In this document: one piece after another, positions 8,646-20,186 of the stretch
Layout of the letters: the number at the start of each line of letters is the position of its first letter
Position numbering within the stretch: the stretch's first letter is position 1
Origin: an uncultured Verrucomicrobiae bacterium
GTDB taxonomy: Bacteria > Verrucomicrobiota > Verrucomicrobiia > Limisphaerales > UBA11358
Assembly: GCA_963708525.1 (NCBI GenBank)
Contig: CAVPTH010000028.1
Span: 16,873 to 80,872 of the forward strand
Direction of reading: 5' to 3'
Length of the DNA stretch: 64,000 bases
Notes under the pieces: generated by a model
What the model was told of the DNA's origin: nothing
What the model saw: the letters and a program-made list of their open reading frames with translations, nothing else
Databases searched by the model: none
Program-made: the position numbers and the translations under genes

Positions 8646-10445
8646 ATGAACGCTCATCCATGGTTGGAACTCGCGGTTTACATCGCGGCGCTCGTGCTCG
8701 TCACCAAGCCACTCGGCTTGTATATCAACCGCGTGCTGAATCCCGGCGGCCGCACCTGGCTCGACCCGGTGCTGCGCCCGCTGGAAAAGTTCACCTACCG
8801 CGTCCTGCGCGTGGATCCGTCGAAGGAACACGACTGGAAGCAATATGCGTTCGCAATGTTGCTGTTCAGTCTGGTCAGCTGCCTGTTCACCTACGCGATT
8901 TTGCGGTTGCAGCAATTTCTGCCGTTCAACCCGCAAAAGCTCGGCGCATTGTCACAGCATCTGGCTTTCAACACCGCCGTCAGCTTCACCACCAACACCA
9001 ACTGGCAGAGTTATGGCGGTGAATCCACGATGTCGTATTTCTCGCAGATGGTGGCGCTGGCCAGCCAAAACTTTTTTTCCGCCGCAGTCGGCATCGCCAT
9101 CGCGGCGGCTTTGGTGCGCGGCATCGCTCGGCACACGGCCCAGACCATCGGCAACTTCTGGGTGGACCTGACACGCATCATTTATTATCTGCTCTTGCCC
9201 ATTTGCCTCGTGCTGGCGCTGTTCTTCGTGTCGCAGGGCATGATTCAAAATTTCAAACCCTACACCGTCGCCAAACTCATTGAGCCGCAGACCGTTTCCG
9301 TCCCGAAAACCGACGCGAACGGCAAACCGGTCGTGGATGCCAAGGGCAACCCGGTGATGGAGAACCAAACGCTCGATACGCAGACGATCGTGCAAGGCCC
9401 GATGGCGTCGCAAATCGCCATCAAGATGCTCGGTACCAATGGCGGCGGTTACGTGAACGCCAATGCCGCGCATCCATTTGAAAATCCCACGCCGTTCTCA
9501 AACTTTTTCCAGATGCTCGCGCTTTTGTGCATCGGCAGCGCGATGACTTACCACTTGGGCCGCGAAACCAAAAATCAAAAGCATGGCTGGACGGTCTGGT
9601 CAGCGATGTTTGTCATGTTCCTGGCAGGTGTTCTGTTTTGTTGGTGGGCGGAAGCCAAAGGTAATCCGATTCACCAGCAACTTGGCGTCGCCGTCGTTGA
9701 TGGCAACATGGAAGGCAAGGAAGTCCGCTTTGGCATTCTGGATTCCGCGTTGTTCGCCACGGTGACGACCGATGCTTCGTGCGGCGCAGTCAATTCCATG
9801 CACGATTCCTTCACGCCGTTGGGCGGACTGGTGCCGATGTTCAACATCCAGACCGGCGAAGTGATTTTTGGCGGCGTCGGTGCCGGGCTTTACGGCATGC
9901 TTATTTTCGTCATTTTAGCCGTGTTTATTGCCGGACTGATGGTCGGGCGCACGCCGGAATATCTCGGCAAAAAGATCGAGGCTTACGATGTAAAAATGAC
10001 ATTGCTGGCATTCGTTATTCTCGCCTTCATCATCCTGGGCTTTACCGCTTGGGCCTCGGTCAGCAGTTGGGGCACATCCAGCCTGGCGAATGGAGGTCCG
10101 CACGGTTTGAGCGAAATGCTCTACGCCTATACTTCGGGCGCGGGCAACAACGGCAGCGCCTTTGCCGGCCTTAATGCCAACACACCGTGGTATGACACAA
10201 CGCTGGGCATTGACATGCTGCTCGGGCGCTTTGGCATGATTGTGCCGTTGCTCGCGCTGGCCGGTTCGCTCGCGAAGAAGAAAATCATCCCTGCCGGTGC
10301 CGGCACATTTCCGGTGACCGGCTTCACCTTTGCCACGCTGCTGGTGGGTACGGTGCTGCTGGTCGGCGCGCTGACCTTTTTGCCTGCGCTCACGCTCGGG
10401 CCGATCGTTGAACATTTTCTGATGCTGAAAGGAAACCTGTTTTAA
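8646..10445 (+). CDS. kdpA: K+-transporting ATPase subunit A
   Basis: NTAVSFTTNTNWQSY, LGTNGGG, SCGAVN, NNGSAF. Confidence 0.97.
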   Translation: MNAHPWLELAVYIAALVLVTKPLGLYINRVLNPGGRTWLDPVLRPLEKFTYRVLRVDPSKEHDWKQYAFAMLLFSLVSCLFTYAILRLQQFLPFNPQKLGALSQHLAFNTAVSFTTNTNWQSYGGESTMSYFSQMVALASQNFFSAAVGIAIAAALVRGIARHTAQTIGNFWVDLTRIIYYLLLPICLVLALFFVSQGMIQNFKPYTVAKLIEPQTVSVPKTDANGKPVVDAKGNPVMENQTLDTQTIVQGPMASQIAIKMLGTNGGGYVNANAAHPFENPTPFSNFFQMLALLCIGSAMTYHLGRETKNQKHGWTVWSAMFVMFLAGVLFCWWAEAKGNPIHQQLGVAVVDGNMEGKEVRFGILDSALFATVTTDASCGAVNSMHDSFTPLGGLVPMFNIQTGEVIFGGVGAGLYGMLIFVILAVFIAGLMVGRTPEYLGKKIEAYDVKMTLLAFVILAFIILGFTAWASVSSWGTSSLANGGPHGLSEMLYAYTSGAGNNGSAFAGLNANTPWYDTTLGIDMLLGRFGMIVPLLALAGSLAKKKIIPAGAGTFPVTGFTFATLLVGTVLLVGALTFLPALTLGPIVEHFLMLKGNLF

Positions 10446-10448
10446 ACT

Positions 10449-12461
10449 ATGCAAACGAAAACCGTTTCCGTTTTTGACGCCAGGATTCTTTGGCCCGCCA
10501 TCGGCGACGCGTTCATCAAACTGAACCCGCGCCTGATGATTAAAAATCCGGTTATGTTCGTGACCATGGTCGGGGCGGCCATCAGCACCGTGGATGTTTT
10601 CCGTTCACCCGGCCAGACTGGTTTTGTTCTGCAAATCGCGATTTGGCTTTGGTTCACCGTATTGTTTGCCAATTTTGCCGAAGCCGTCGCCGAAGGCCGT
10701 GGCAAGGCGCAGGCCCGGGCGCTCCGCGCGACCCGTACACGGACCAGTGCCAATAAAATCTCCGGCGAGCGGATTCAAGTGGTGGATGCGGACTCATTGC
10801 GCAAAGGCGATGTGGTGGTGGTTCGCGCCACGGAAATCATCCCCGCTGATGGCGAGATTATTCTCGGGGCGGCCACCGTGGATGAATCGGCTATAACCGG
10901 CGAATCCGCACCCGTTATCCGCGAAGCGGGCGGTGACCGCAGTGCTGTCACCGGTGGTACACGCGTGCTCTCGGACGAAATCAAAGTTCGTGTCACTGCC
11001 AATCCCGGCGAAGGTTTTCTGGACCGGATGATTCAACTGGTCGAAGGCGCCAGTCGCCAGAAAACCCCTAACGAAATCGCGCTGACGATTCTGCTTTCCG
11101 CGCTTACGGTTGTTTTCTTGCTTGCCGTCGTGACCTTGAAACCGTTCGGCATTTACTCCGGGACCATTTTCTCCAACGCCGTGCTCATTGCGTTGTTGGT
11201 TTGCCTGATTCCGACAACCATTGGCGGCCTGTTGAGTGCCATCGGTATTGCCGGCATGGACCGGTTGCTCCAGCGCAACGTGCTCGCCATGAGCGGGCGG
11301 GCCGTTGAAGCGGCGGGCGACGTGGATGTTCTATTGCTCGATAAGACCGGAACCATCACCCTGGGCAACCGGCAGGCGGTTGCTTTCCTGCCCGCACCTG
11401 GAGTGACCGAGCAAGAACTGGCCGACGCCGCACAACTTGCATCGCTGGCCGATGAGACACCCGAAGGCCGCAGCATCGTCGTGCTCGCGAAAAACTACGG
11501 CATCCGCGCGCGGACGATTCACGAATTGCCACACGCGCGATTTGTTCCCTTCACGGCCCAACTGCGCATGAGCGGCGTGGATATTGATGGCAAACAAATC
11601 CGCAAAGGTTCGGCGAATGCCGTCCGCCAGTTCACCGGCGGCATGTTTTCCACCGAAGTTGAAAAAATCGTCGAGGGCATTTCACTTTCGGGCGGCACAC
11701 CGCTCGTGGTTGCGACCAAGGAGCGCGTGCTCGGCGTCGTTCAATTAAAGGACATCGTGAAAGGCGGCCTCGCCGATCGTTTCAAACGTTTTCGCGCAAT
11801 GGGCATCCGCACCGTAATGATTACCGGCGATAACAAACTGACTGCCGCCGCCATCGCGCAGGAAGCCGGCGTGGACGATTTTCTGGCCGAGGCGAAACCG
11901 GAAGACAAACTAGCGCTCATTCGCCAGGAACAACAGGGCGGCCGGATGATTGCGATGATTGGCGACGGCACGAACGACGCGCCCGCGCTCGCACAGGCCG
12001 ACGTCGGTGTGGCCATGAACACCGGCACCCAGGCTGCCAAGGAAGCCGGTAACATGGTGGACTTGGATTCCAATCCCACCAAGTTACTGGAAATCATCGA
12101 AATCGGCAAACAACTGCTCATCACCCGCGGTGCGCTGACGACCTTCAGCATCGCCAACGACGTGGCGAAATACTTCGCCATCATTCCGGCGATGCTGATG
12201 GTGACGTTTCCGGTCATTGCACCCCTGAATGTTATGCATCTGCACAGCCCAGACAGCGCGATTTTGAGCGCAGTGATTTTCAATGCGCTCATCATCATTG
12301 CGCTGATTCCGCTGGCACTGCGCGGCGTGAAGTTCCGTGCGCTCGGCGCGGTGCAAATTCTACGCATCAACCTGCTGATTTACGGCCTCTGGGGTGTCAT
12401 CCTGCCGTTTATCGGCATCAAACTCATTGACCTGATCGTCGCCGGTTTACATCTGGCCTAA
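10449..12461 (+). CDS. kdpB: K+-transporting ATPase subunit B (P-type ATPase)
   Basis: [29 protein letters not shown]. Confidence 0.97.
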   Translation: MQTKTVSVFDARILWPAIGDAFIKLNPRLMIKNPVMFVTMVGAAISTVDVFRSPGQTGFVLQIAIWLWFTVLFANFAEAVAEGRGKAQARALRATRTRTSANKISGERIQVVDADSLRKGDVVVVRATEIIPADGEIILGAATVDESAITGESAPVIREAGGDRSAVTGGTRVLSDEIKVRVTANPGEGFLDRMIQLVEGASRQKTPNEIALTILLSALTVVFLLAVVTLKPFGIYSGTIFSNAVLIALLVCLIPTTIGGLLSAIGIAGMDRLLQRNVLAMSGRAVEAAGDVDVLLLDKTGTITLGNRQAVAFLPAPGVTEQELADAAQLASLADETPEGRSIVVLAKNYGIRARTIHELPHARFVPFTAQLRMSGVDIDGKQIRKGSANAVRQFTGGMFSTEVEKIVEGISLSGGTPLVVATKERVLGVVQLKDIVKGGLADRFKRFRAMGIRTVMITGDNKLTAAAIAQEAGVDDFLAEAKPEDKLALIRQEQQGGRMIAMIGDGTNDAPALAQADVGVAMNTGTQAAKEAGNMVDLDSNPTKLLEIIEIGKQLLITRGALTTFSIANDVAKYFAIIPAMLMVTFPVIAPLNVMHLHSPDSAILSAVIFNALIIIALIPLALRGVKFRALGAVQILRINLLIYGLWGVILPFIGIKLIDLIVAGLHLA

Positions 12462-12474
12462 ATCCGAAGGAATT

Positions 12475-13068
12475 ATGAAAACCATTTTCGCTGAATTCGG
12501 CCGCTCGTTGTTGGCGACGCTTTTCTTCGCCGTCATTTTGTGCGGATTGTATCCACTCGTCGTTTACGGCGCGGCGCGATTGTTGTTCCCGTATCAGGCC
12601 AACGGTAGCCTGCTGGTGGACAAAGCCGGCGCGGTGCGGGGCTCGGCGCTGCTCGCCCAGAATTTTACTGGCGCACAATACTTTCATCCACGCCCGTCGG
12701 CGGCGGGAGCGAACGGTTATGACGCCACGAGTTCCAGTGGCAGCAATCTTGGTCCCACTTCATCCAATCTGGTCGCCAATATCACGCGAAACATCGCCAA
12801 TTACCGTGGGGAGAACGGTCTCACGACAAACACGCCTGTCCCGGCCGACGCCGTGACCGCTTCGGGCAGCGGCTTGGATCCGGACATCAGTCCGGAAAAC
12901 GCCGGATTGCAAATCCCGCGCGTGGCCAAGGCGCGCGGGATGTCCGAGGCACAGATGCGCGAACTCGTCCAGGAAAACACGGACGGTCGCGACTTCGGTA
13001 TCTGGGGACAACCGCGTGTAGATGTGATGACGTTGAACTTCGCACTCGACCGGCTGGCGCAAAAATAG
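12475..13068 (+). CDS. kdpC: K+-transporting ATPase subunit C
   Basis: QANGSL, YFHPRPS, SGSNLGP, DAVTASGSGLDPDIS. Confidence 0.96.
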   Translation: MKTIFAEFGRSLLATLFFAVILCGLYPLVVYGAARLLFPYQANGSLLVDKAGAVRGSALLAQNFTGAQYFHPRPSAAGANGYDATSSSGSNLGPTSSNLVANITRNIANYRGENGLTTNTPVPADAVTASGSGLDPDISPENAGLQIPRVAKARGMSEAQMRELVQENTDGRDFGIWGQPRVDVMTLNFALDRLAQK

Positions 13069-13080
13069 TTTCTTGGCGGT

Positions 13081-14211
13081 GTGGAACCGCCTCTCATTGC
13101 ACGGCTGAAGCCGGAGGATTTCCTGCGGCTCATCGAGAAAAGCCGGCTGGGGAAGTTGAAGGTTTATCTCGGCCACGCCGCCGGGGTCGGCAAGACCTAC
13201 GCGATGCTGGAAGAGGCACATCGACTGAAAAAAGCGGGCGTGGACGTCGTCATCGGCTGGATAGAGACGCACGGACGCAAAGAAACCGAGGCGCTGCTGG
13301 AAGGCCTGGAAATCATCCCGCGCAAGAAAGTCGAGCACAACAGCCGGACTATCGAAGTGCTTGATGTGGATGCCATTTTCAAGCGGTATCCGACCGTTTG
13401 TGTCATTGACGAACTGCCATTCTCCAACGTCGACGGCTCGCCGCATCCCAAGCGTTATCTCGAAGTGCATGACCTGTTATTGGCCGGCATCAATGTCATT
13501 ACGGCCATGAACATCCAGCACCTCGAAAGCCTGCACGACACGGTATTGCGCGCAACAGGTGTGGACGTGCGCGAGCGGGTGCCGGATCGCTTCGTACTGG
13601 AGGCGGACCAGATTGTGAACATTGATTTGACCGCCGAGGAATTGCGCGAGCGGTTGAAGCTGGGGAAAATTTATCCGGCGGACCGCGCCATCGCCGCCCT
13701 GGAGAATTTCTTCACCGAAAACAACTTGAACACATTGCGCGAACTTGCATTGCGCGAAACGGCCGCCGCCCTCGACCGCCGGCCGCGTGCGGGCACGGCT
13801 TCGCTGGCCGAGGTCAGCGAAATCATCGCTGTTTTTGTCAGCACGAATCCGGTCACGACAGCCAAACTCCTGCGAACAGCCTCGCGGCTGGCCGGACGGC
13901 TGAATCGCGAGTGGATTGCAGTTTATGTGCGTCGCAAAAAGGAGGACCCGATGCATATCCCGTCTGATTTACAGCGGCAATTCATGCAGAACGTCCAGCT
14001 GGCAACGGAGCTCGGTGGCAGCGTCCGGGTGTTGGAAAGCGAAAATGTCTGTGAGGCGTTGCTGAAATTCTGTCGGGAAAACGATGTGCAACTGGTCGTA
14101 TTGGGTACGACGGAACGACGCTGGTGGCAATTCAACCGCCCGAATGTACTGCAATTTTTTCTGCACCACGCTCCCGGCATCGACCTGCACATCGTGGACC
14201 CAAATGGCTGA
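13081..14211 (+). CDS. Soluble KdpD N-terminal domain + USP domain protein (no TM, no kinase)
   Basis: GKLKVYLGHAAGVGKTYAML, ETHGR, NIQHLESL, LRELALR, then a USP-like domain; 376 aa. Confidence 0.88.
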   Translation: MEPPLIARLKPEDFLRLIEKSRLGKLKVYLGHAAGVGKTYAMLEEAHRLKKAGVDVVIGWIETHGRKETEALLEGLEIIPRKKVEHNSRTIEVLDVDAIFKRYPTVCVIDELPFSNVDGSPHPKRYLEVHDLLLAGINVITAMNIQHLESLHDTVLRATGVDVRERVPDRFVLEADQIVNIDLTAEELRERLKLGKIYPADRAIAALENFFTENNLNTLRELALRETAAALDRRPRAGTASLAEVSEIIAVFVSTNPVTTAKLLRTASRLAGRLNREWIAVYVRRKKEDPMHIPSDLQRQFMQNVQLATELGGSVRVLESENVCEALLKFCRENDVQLVVLGTTERRWWQFNRPNVLQFFLHHAPGIDLHIVDPNG

Positions 14212-14232
14212 GACCAACACCCGACCAGAAAC

Positions 14233-16213
14233 ATGAACATAGGAGAATGGTTCGTTACGGTGAAGAATGTCGTGATTGGCCGGGCGCGGAATCTTTCCGA
14301 TAAAAGCCTGTTCCATAAGACGTCGCTGATTGCTCTGTTCGCCTGGGTGGGATTGGGCGCGGATGGATTGTCGTCGTCCTGTTACGGTCCGGAATCGGCG
14401 TTTCTGGCATTGGGTCAACATACCTTTTTGAGTCTGTTTGTGGCGGCCGCCACGATCCTGACCATCGTTGTCATTTGTGCCAGCTACTCGCAGATCATCG
14501 AACAATTTCCATCCGGTGGTGGCGGTTATCTGGTCGCCAGCAAGTTGCTGTCACCGACCCTGGGTGTGGTTTCCGGTTGCGCGTTGATCGGTGACTACGT
14601 TCTGACCATAGCCATCAGCATCGCCAGCGGTGCCGACGCGCTTTTCAGCCTGTTGCCGGTGACGTGGCAGCCGTGGAAAATGACGTTTGCGGCGGGCATC
14701 GTCATTTTTCTCACCTTATTAAATCTTCGCGGTGTCAGAGAATCCGTATTGTTGTGGGTTCCGATATTTTTCGTGTTCGTCGTGCACTTATTTATTTGCC
14801 ATCGTGTACGCGATGGTCGCGCATGTCGGTGATATGCCGGGTATCGTGCAGGGTTTGACCGGTGACGTGCGAGCGGACTACGCGGACGTCGGCCTGTGGG
14901 GGTTGATGGTGGTGGTGCTGCGCGCCTATAGTCTGGGTGCCGGCACTTACACCGGCATTGAAGCCGTTAGCAATGGCTTGTCCGCTTTGCGGGAGCCGCG
15001 GGTACAGACCGGCAAACGTACGATGGTTTACATGGCCAGCTCCCTGGCCTTCGTCGTTGGCGGGTTGTTGTTGGCGTATCTGCTCTATCACGTTTCACCC
15101 GAGACCGGCAAAACCCTGAATGCAGTCCTGTTTGAGCGGATCACCTCGGCCTGGTCGCCGTTGGTAGCCAAGACTTTTGTAATTGCGGCCCTCGTGTCAT
15201 CGGCGGCACTGCTGTTCATTGCGGCGCAGACCGGGTTTTTCGGCGGTCCGCGGGTACTGGCCAACATGGCGGTGGACCGTTGGATGCCCACGCGTTTTGC
15301 CACGCTGAGCGACCGGCTGGTCACGCAGAACGGCATCCTGCTGATGGGTGCGCTGGCGCTGTCCGTGGTGTTGGTGACAGACGCTTTGGTGAACGTGCTG
15401 GTCGTGCTCTACAGCATCAACGTCTTCATTACGTTCAGCCTGTCGCAACTGGGCATGGTGCGGCATTGGTGGCTGGATCGCACCCGCGAGCCGGCCTGGA
15501 AACGGAAACTGTTGATCAACGGTTTCGGTCTGCTGCTGACTGGTGGCATTTTGATTTCCCTCTGCGCGGTGAAATTTTTTGAAGGCGGCTGGGCCACCCT
15601 GCTCGTGACCGGACTGCTGATTGCGGCGGCTTTTTGGATCAAGCGCCACTACAAACAGACCCAGCGCCAGCTGCAACGACTCGACGAACTGGTGCTCGCG
15701 GCCAACCTGGATCAGACCGGCACCGCCGCCGCCGTTCCTGAAGTCCAATGTAATCCCAATGGGCGCACGGCCGTTTTTCTGGTCAACGGTTTCAACGGAC
15801 TCGGCCTGCATACACTGCTGGCGGTGATCCGGATGTTCCCGAAAGTTTATCAGAACTTTGTTTTTTTGCAGGTCGGCGTGCTGGATGCCGGGAATTTCAA
15901 AGGGGTTGGCGAAGTGGAAAATCTCCGCGAACATTCACGCCGCGAGGTGGAGCGTTATGCGACTTACATGCGGGCCCAGGGTTTTTATGCCGAAGCGCAC
16001 TTTGCTTTGGGCACGGACGTGGCGGACGAAGCCGCCACACTTTGCGAAGAAGTCGCCAAACGGTTTCCTCAGACACAGTTCTTCGCCGGGCAACTGGTAT
16101 TCCAGGACGAGAGCATTTTAACACGCTGGTTGCACAACCACACCGTCTTTGAGCTGCAACGCCGGCTTTACCATAACGGCTGGCCCATGCTTATTCTGCC
16201 GATTCAGGTATGA
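14233..16213 (+). CDS. APC-family KimA/YdaO-like K+ transporter (one frameshift near 14785)
   Basis: GADGLSSSCYG, FPSGGGGY, DYVLTIAIS, TGIEAVSNG, LYSINVF; two overlapping ORFs join into one permease. Confidence 0.8.
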
Positions 16214-16894
16214 TCAGAAATCGTACGTTTCGCCCGGACGTAGCAGATGCAGCGTCTTGCCGGCGGCGCGGAATTTTTCGACAGCAAGCTTGTGTTCAAT
16301 TTTAATCTCCGGGAAGGTGTCGTAATGGACGCCCAGGATTTCGTTGCAACGAACGAAATCGGCAGCCTTGACGGCGTCGTCCGGGCCCATGGTGAAATTA
16401 TCGCCGATGCAGAGCACCGCAAATTTCAACGGCGCGGATTCGCCGATGAGTTTCATGTCCAGCGTCAGCGCGGTGTCACCCGAGAAATAAAAATTTCCAT
16501 CCGCGCTTTCGACCACAAACCCACCTGGATTCCCGCCGCTGGAGCCGTCCGGCAGGGTACTGGAGTGGATGGCGTTGACGTATTTAACCCGGCCGAAATC
16601 AAAATTAAACCCGCCGCCGTGATTGAGTGTATGCACCCGCAGAGCGCCTTGCTTGAGGAACCATTCACCCACCTCAAACCCGGCAATCACCAGCGCGTTG
16701 GTGCGTTGGGCAATAGCCAGCGTATCACCGGTGTGATCGTCGTGTCCGTGGGAGACCAGGATGAAATCCGCCGGCACCGAGTTCACGTCGACGGCTTTGG
16801 CCAACGGATTCTCGGAAATGAAAGGATCGAACAGTAAGGTTTTGCCCCTTACGACGACCGAAAAACAAGCATGACCGTAGTAAGTAACCTTCAT
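16214..16894 (-). CDS. Metallo-beta-lactamase-fold hydrolase (UPF0173)
   Basis: GHACF, SHGHDDH, AIHSS, SGDT, IGDNFTMG, HYDTFP. Confidence 0.92.
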   Translation of the reverse strand: MKVTYYGHACFSVVVRGKTLLFDPFISENPLAKAVDVNSVPADFILVSHGHDDHTGDTLAIAQRTNALVIAGFEVGEWFLKQGALRVHTLNHGGGFNFDFGRVKYVNAIHSSTLPDGSSGGNPGGFVVESADGNFYFSGDTALTLDMKLIGESAPLKFAVLCIGDNFTMGPDDAVKAADFVRCNEILGVHYDTFPEIKIEHKLAVEKFRAAGKTLHLLRPGETYDF

Positions 16895-16979
16895 TTATGA
16901 TTTACGATTCTCGATTTATGATTTTCTTACGCGCCGATCGCCAAGCCAAATCATCAATCCTAGATCATAAATCACAAAT
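16894..16979. repeat. Empty heptamer inverted cassette (ATTTATG…AAATCAT)
   Basis: atttatg atttacg attctcg atttatg … aaatcat caatcct agatcat aaatcac aaat. Confidence 0.78.
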
Positions 16980-16985
16980 GGGGCT

Positions 16986-18881
16986 TCAAGCCGCCGTGCT
17001 CATTTCCGGCTCCGACGAGTCAAGGAAACCCTGCAAATGCCGTACGCGCGTCGGGTGCCGCAATTTGCGCAACGCCTTGGCTTCAATCTGGCGGATGCGC
17101 TCACGGGTGACGTTGTACATCTTGCCGATTTCCTCGAGCGTCCGTTCGTAACCGTCGAGCAGGCCGAAGCGCATTTCGAGAATCTTGCGCTCGCGTTCGG
17201 TCAAGGTCGTCAGCACGTCGCTCAACTTTTCACGGAGCAGGCTGTAGCTGGTGACTTCAGACGGATTTTCCGCCGTCTTGTCCTCGATGAAATCCCCGAC
17301 ACTCACGTCACCGTCATCACCGACGGGGGCGTGGAGTGACACCGGCTGCTGCGCCATTTTGAGCAGTGCATGGATGCGCGCCACCGGCATATGCATTTCA
17401 TCGGCCAATTCCTCCGGCGTCGGCTCACGGCCCAGTTCCTGGGTAAGCTGTTTTTGCGCGCGCCAGAGCTTGTTCATGATTTCGATCATGTGCACCGGAA
17501 TACGAATGGTGCGCGCCTGATCGGCAATCGAACGGGTGATGGCCTGTCGAATCCACCAGATCGCGTAGGTGGAAAACTTGTAGCCGCGCCGGTACTCGAA
17601 TTTCTCCACACCCTTCATCAGCCCGATGTTGCCTTCCTGGATCAGATCCAGGAACGACTGGCCGCGGTTGGTATATTTTTTGGCAACGGAAACCACGAGG
17701 CGCAAATTGGCCTCGGCCATGTGGGTTTTGGCCTTGAGCCCCGCGTCCGCCGCCTTTTTCAAGTCGCTGAACGCTTTGCCGAATTCCTCGCGCGGCATGC
17801 GCACAAATTGCTCGAGCGTCTGGATTTTGGCGCGCTCGGCCTCGATGGCGGTGCGGCGCTCGGCGGTGGTCCGCAAGCCTTCCAGCTCCTGGAGGTGCCG
17901 CAGGCTCGACTGGAATTTTTCATGGACATTGCCTGCCACGACAATCATCTCCTCCACGACTTTTTGCTTGTAGAAGAATCTCTGGAATGTCTCCTGCAGT
18001 TTCGCGCCGAGTTTTTTCAACTCGCGCTGCAACCGTTCCTTCCGGCCCTTTTGCAGGGCCTTCTGCCAGGTGAAATATTTCGCGTCCACCTTTTGGTCGA
18101 GCGTGCGGACCTTTTTAATGAGCCGGCGCAAGTCCCGCAAATGGCCTTCGCGATTGGCGATTTTCTTGTCCACAATCACGCGGTCGAAGCGTTCCTTGGG
18201 CGGTTCGGACAGAAGCTTTTCGGCGATGGCGATATGTTCCTTGGCGGTGAATCCGAGGCTGTAAACGATGCGCTTCATTTCGATTTCGGCTTCCTCGATG
18301 CGCTTGCAGATTTCAACCTCCTGTTCGCGGGTCAGCAGGGGCACCTTGCCCATCTGGTTCATGTACATGCGAACGGGATCGTCGAGAATTTCCAGGCGCG
18401 CGTCCTCGTCTTCTTCCTGTGGCTGCGAAGGCTCGGGCTGTTTGGCGCGTTCGGCTTCCGCCTGGTCCATGACAATTTCCACATCCAGGCTCCGCAACTT
18501 GCTGAGCAACGCGTCCAGATCTTCCGGGCTCAGATTGTCCGGCAGCACATCATTGATGTCGTCGTAGGTGACGTAGCCGTGTTCCTGGGCCAGATGCAGC
18601 AGGGTTTTGACCGTCTCCGTCAGGTCCACCGTGGACTGGGCGGCCACCTGGGGGTTCACGTCACCGTTTTGGAGGCGCTTCTCCGCTTCCGCAATCGAGG
18701 CAGCAGTCTGCGTCCGGCCTTTTCCGCTGCTTTCAGGCGACCGGGAAATCTCCCGTCGCGAGTGGCTGGAAATGACAAAACGGCGGCGTTCCGGAGACGA
18801 TTTGGTTCCGGCAGCCCGTCGTACGTCACGGCGGCGATTACGTCCCGCCCCGTCCGGCGGCGTTGTTTTTCTGTTCAGCAT
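16986..18881 (-). CDS. rpoD: Primary sigma factor sigma-70
   Basis: [55 protein letters not shown]. Confidence 0.95.
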   Translation of the reverse strand: MLNRKTTPPDGAGRNRRRDVRRAAGTKSSPERRRFVISSHSRREISRSPESSGKGRTQTAASIAEAEKRLQNGDVNPQVAAQSTVDLTETVKTLLHLAQEHGYVTYDDINDVLPDNLSPEDLDALLSKLRSLDVEIVMDQAEAERAKQPEPSQPQEEDEDARLEILDDPVRMYMNQMGKVPLLTREQEVEICKRIEEAEIEMKRIVYSLGFTAKEHIAIAEKLLSEPPKERFDRVIVDKKIANREGHLRDLRRLIKKVRTLDQKVDAKYFTWQKALQKGRKERLQRELKKLGAKLQETFQRFFYKQKVVEEMIVVAGNVHEKFQSSLRHLQELEGLRTTAERRTAIEAERAKIQTLEQFVRMPREEFGKAFSDLKKAADAGLKAKTHMAEANLRLVVSVAKKYTNRGQSFLDLIQEGNIGLMKGVEKFEYRRGYKFSTYAIWWIRQAITRSIADQARTIRIPVHMIEIMNKLWRAQKQLTQELGREPTPEELADEMHMPVARIHALLKMAQQPVSLHAPVGDDGDVSVGDFIEDKTAENPSEVTSYSLLREKLSDVLTTLTERERKILEMRFGLLDGYERTLEEIGKMYNVTRERIRQIEAKALRKLRHPTRVRHLQGFLDSSEPEMSTAA

Positions 18882-19157
18882 AAGTTATCAGACCGATGTT
18901 AACCCGTTTTGGTTCAGGAAAATTTACAGAGTTCCCGCCCCACGAGTTCGCGTCGTCTTTATACAACTCTCACTCGCCCAATGAACTTCGGGAGACCTCT
19001 CGAACACCAGAAGACCGACGCGCCGCCACTTTAACCCCTTTCTATAGGATTTCAAGCAGAATCGTATCCTTTAAGAAAAATTCCCCATGCAGCGGATTTC
19101 TGCAGGTAATCACAGGGCAATGCGATTGTAACACGCTTTATAAAGAACTTGTTATGA

Positions 19158-20084
19158 CTATTTAAGCCTGGAGATTACCGCCGAAATATCAGCGGCAATT
19201 TGCCTTTGTAGGTCAGTTTTGGACGAAAATTTTCTTTCTTCCCGCAGTCTTTCCGCAATTTGTATCTCCAATTCCTGGCCGTATAAGTTATCGCTAAAGT
19301 CCAATAAATGCGCTTCAACATGAATGATTTTGGATTTTAAGGCTACGGTTGGCCGAAAACCGATATTCAGCGCGGCGCGATAGGTTCGTCCTTTTACGTA
19401 AGCGAGAGCGGCATAGACGCCGTTGGGCGGTAATGCCAGCCCGGTGGAATCCAGGTTAGCCGTGGGAAAACCCAGTTTTTGTCCCAAATGTTCTCCCTGA
19501 ATCACCCGGCTGGAAATGGCATAGGGCCGCCCCAGCATCTGGCTGACCGTGTCCAGATCCCCCGTGCGGATGAGTTCGCGGATGCGGGTGCTGCTAACGA
19601 TCTGATTGTCCAGGGAAACGGCGGCAAGTCCATGAACCTGAAAACCGATTTCGCCGCCGAGTTTTTTGAGCAGCGCCACATTGCCGCTTCGTTGGTGGCC
19701 AAAGACAAAATCGGCCCCGACACACAGGCTTTGGATTTGTCCGACATCCTGCGCGAGGCTGCGGATAAATGCCTCACCCGTCTGCCGGCTGAAGGGTTCA
19801 TCGAAGTGAATCAGCAAAAGGGTGTCGGCGCCGAGTGACTCGATGGCGCGCAACTTTTGCGGCAGCGAATAGATCAGCGGCGGCACCTGACCGGGAGCGA
19901 CGACTGAGTTCGGATGCCGGTCAAAGGTAAGGACGAGGGCCAGGGCGTCGTGTTGCCGCGCGTCGGCCAGGGTTTTCCGGATAATTTGCTGATGTCCCAG
20001 GTGCACGCCATCAAAGAACCCGATGGCCAGGCAAACCTTGCGGCCGGCGGGTTTCAATTCATTGGCGGCGTGAATGATATTCAT
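19158..20084 (-). CDS. ribF: Riboflavin kinase / FMN adenylyltransferase
   Basis: GFFDGVHLGH, VSSTRIR, LGFPTAN, NIGFRPT, EAHLLDF; start moved to MNIIH. Confidence 0.95.
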   Translation of the reverse strand: MNIIHAANELKPAGRKVCLAIGFFDGVHLGHQQIIRKTLADARQHDALALVLTFDRHPNSVVAPGQVPPLIYSLPQKLRAIESLGADTLLLIHFDEPFSRQTGEAFIRSLAQDVGQIQSLCVGADFVFGHQRSGNVALLKKLGGEIGFQVHGLAAVSLDNQIVSSTRIRELIRTGDLDTVSQMLGRPYAISSRVIQGEHLGQKLGFPTANLDSTGLALPPNGVYAALAYVKGRTYRAALNIGFRPTVALKSKIIHVEAHLLDFSDNLYGQELEIQIAERLREERKFSSKTDLQRQIAADISAVISRLK

Positions 20085-20099
20085 GTAACATGAAAAAAA

Positions 20100-20186
20100 G
20101 ATTACGATTAAGATGAAGAGCAGGAGTAAGACTGCGGTGAAGGGAATTACGAACACCTCGTCTTAATCTTAATCATAATCTTAATT
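20100..20186. repeat. Empty hexamer inverted cassette (GATTAA…TTAATC)
   Basis: gattac gattaa gatgaa gagcag gagtaa … ctcgtc ttaatc ttaatc ataatc ttaatt. Confidence 0.72.

Noticed and set aside
14780-14835. Programmed frameshift in the KimA-like gene
   Set aside because: No convincing slippery site or stimulator; many similar indels elsewhere point to sequencing error.
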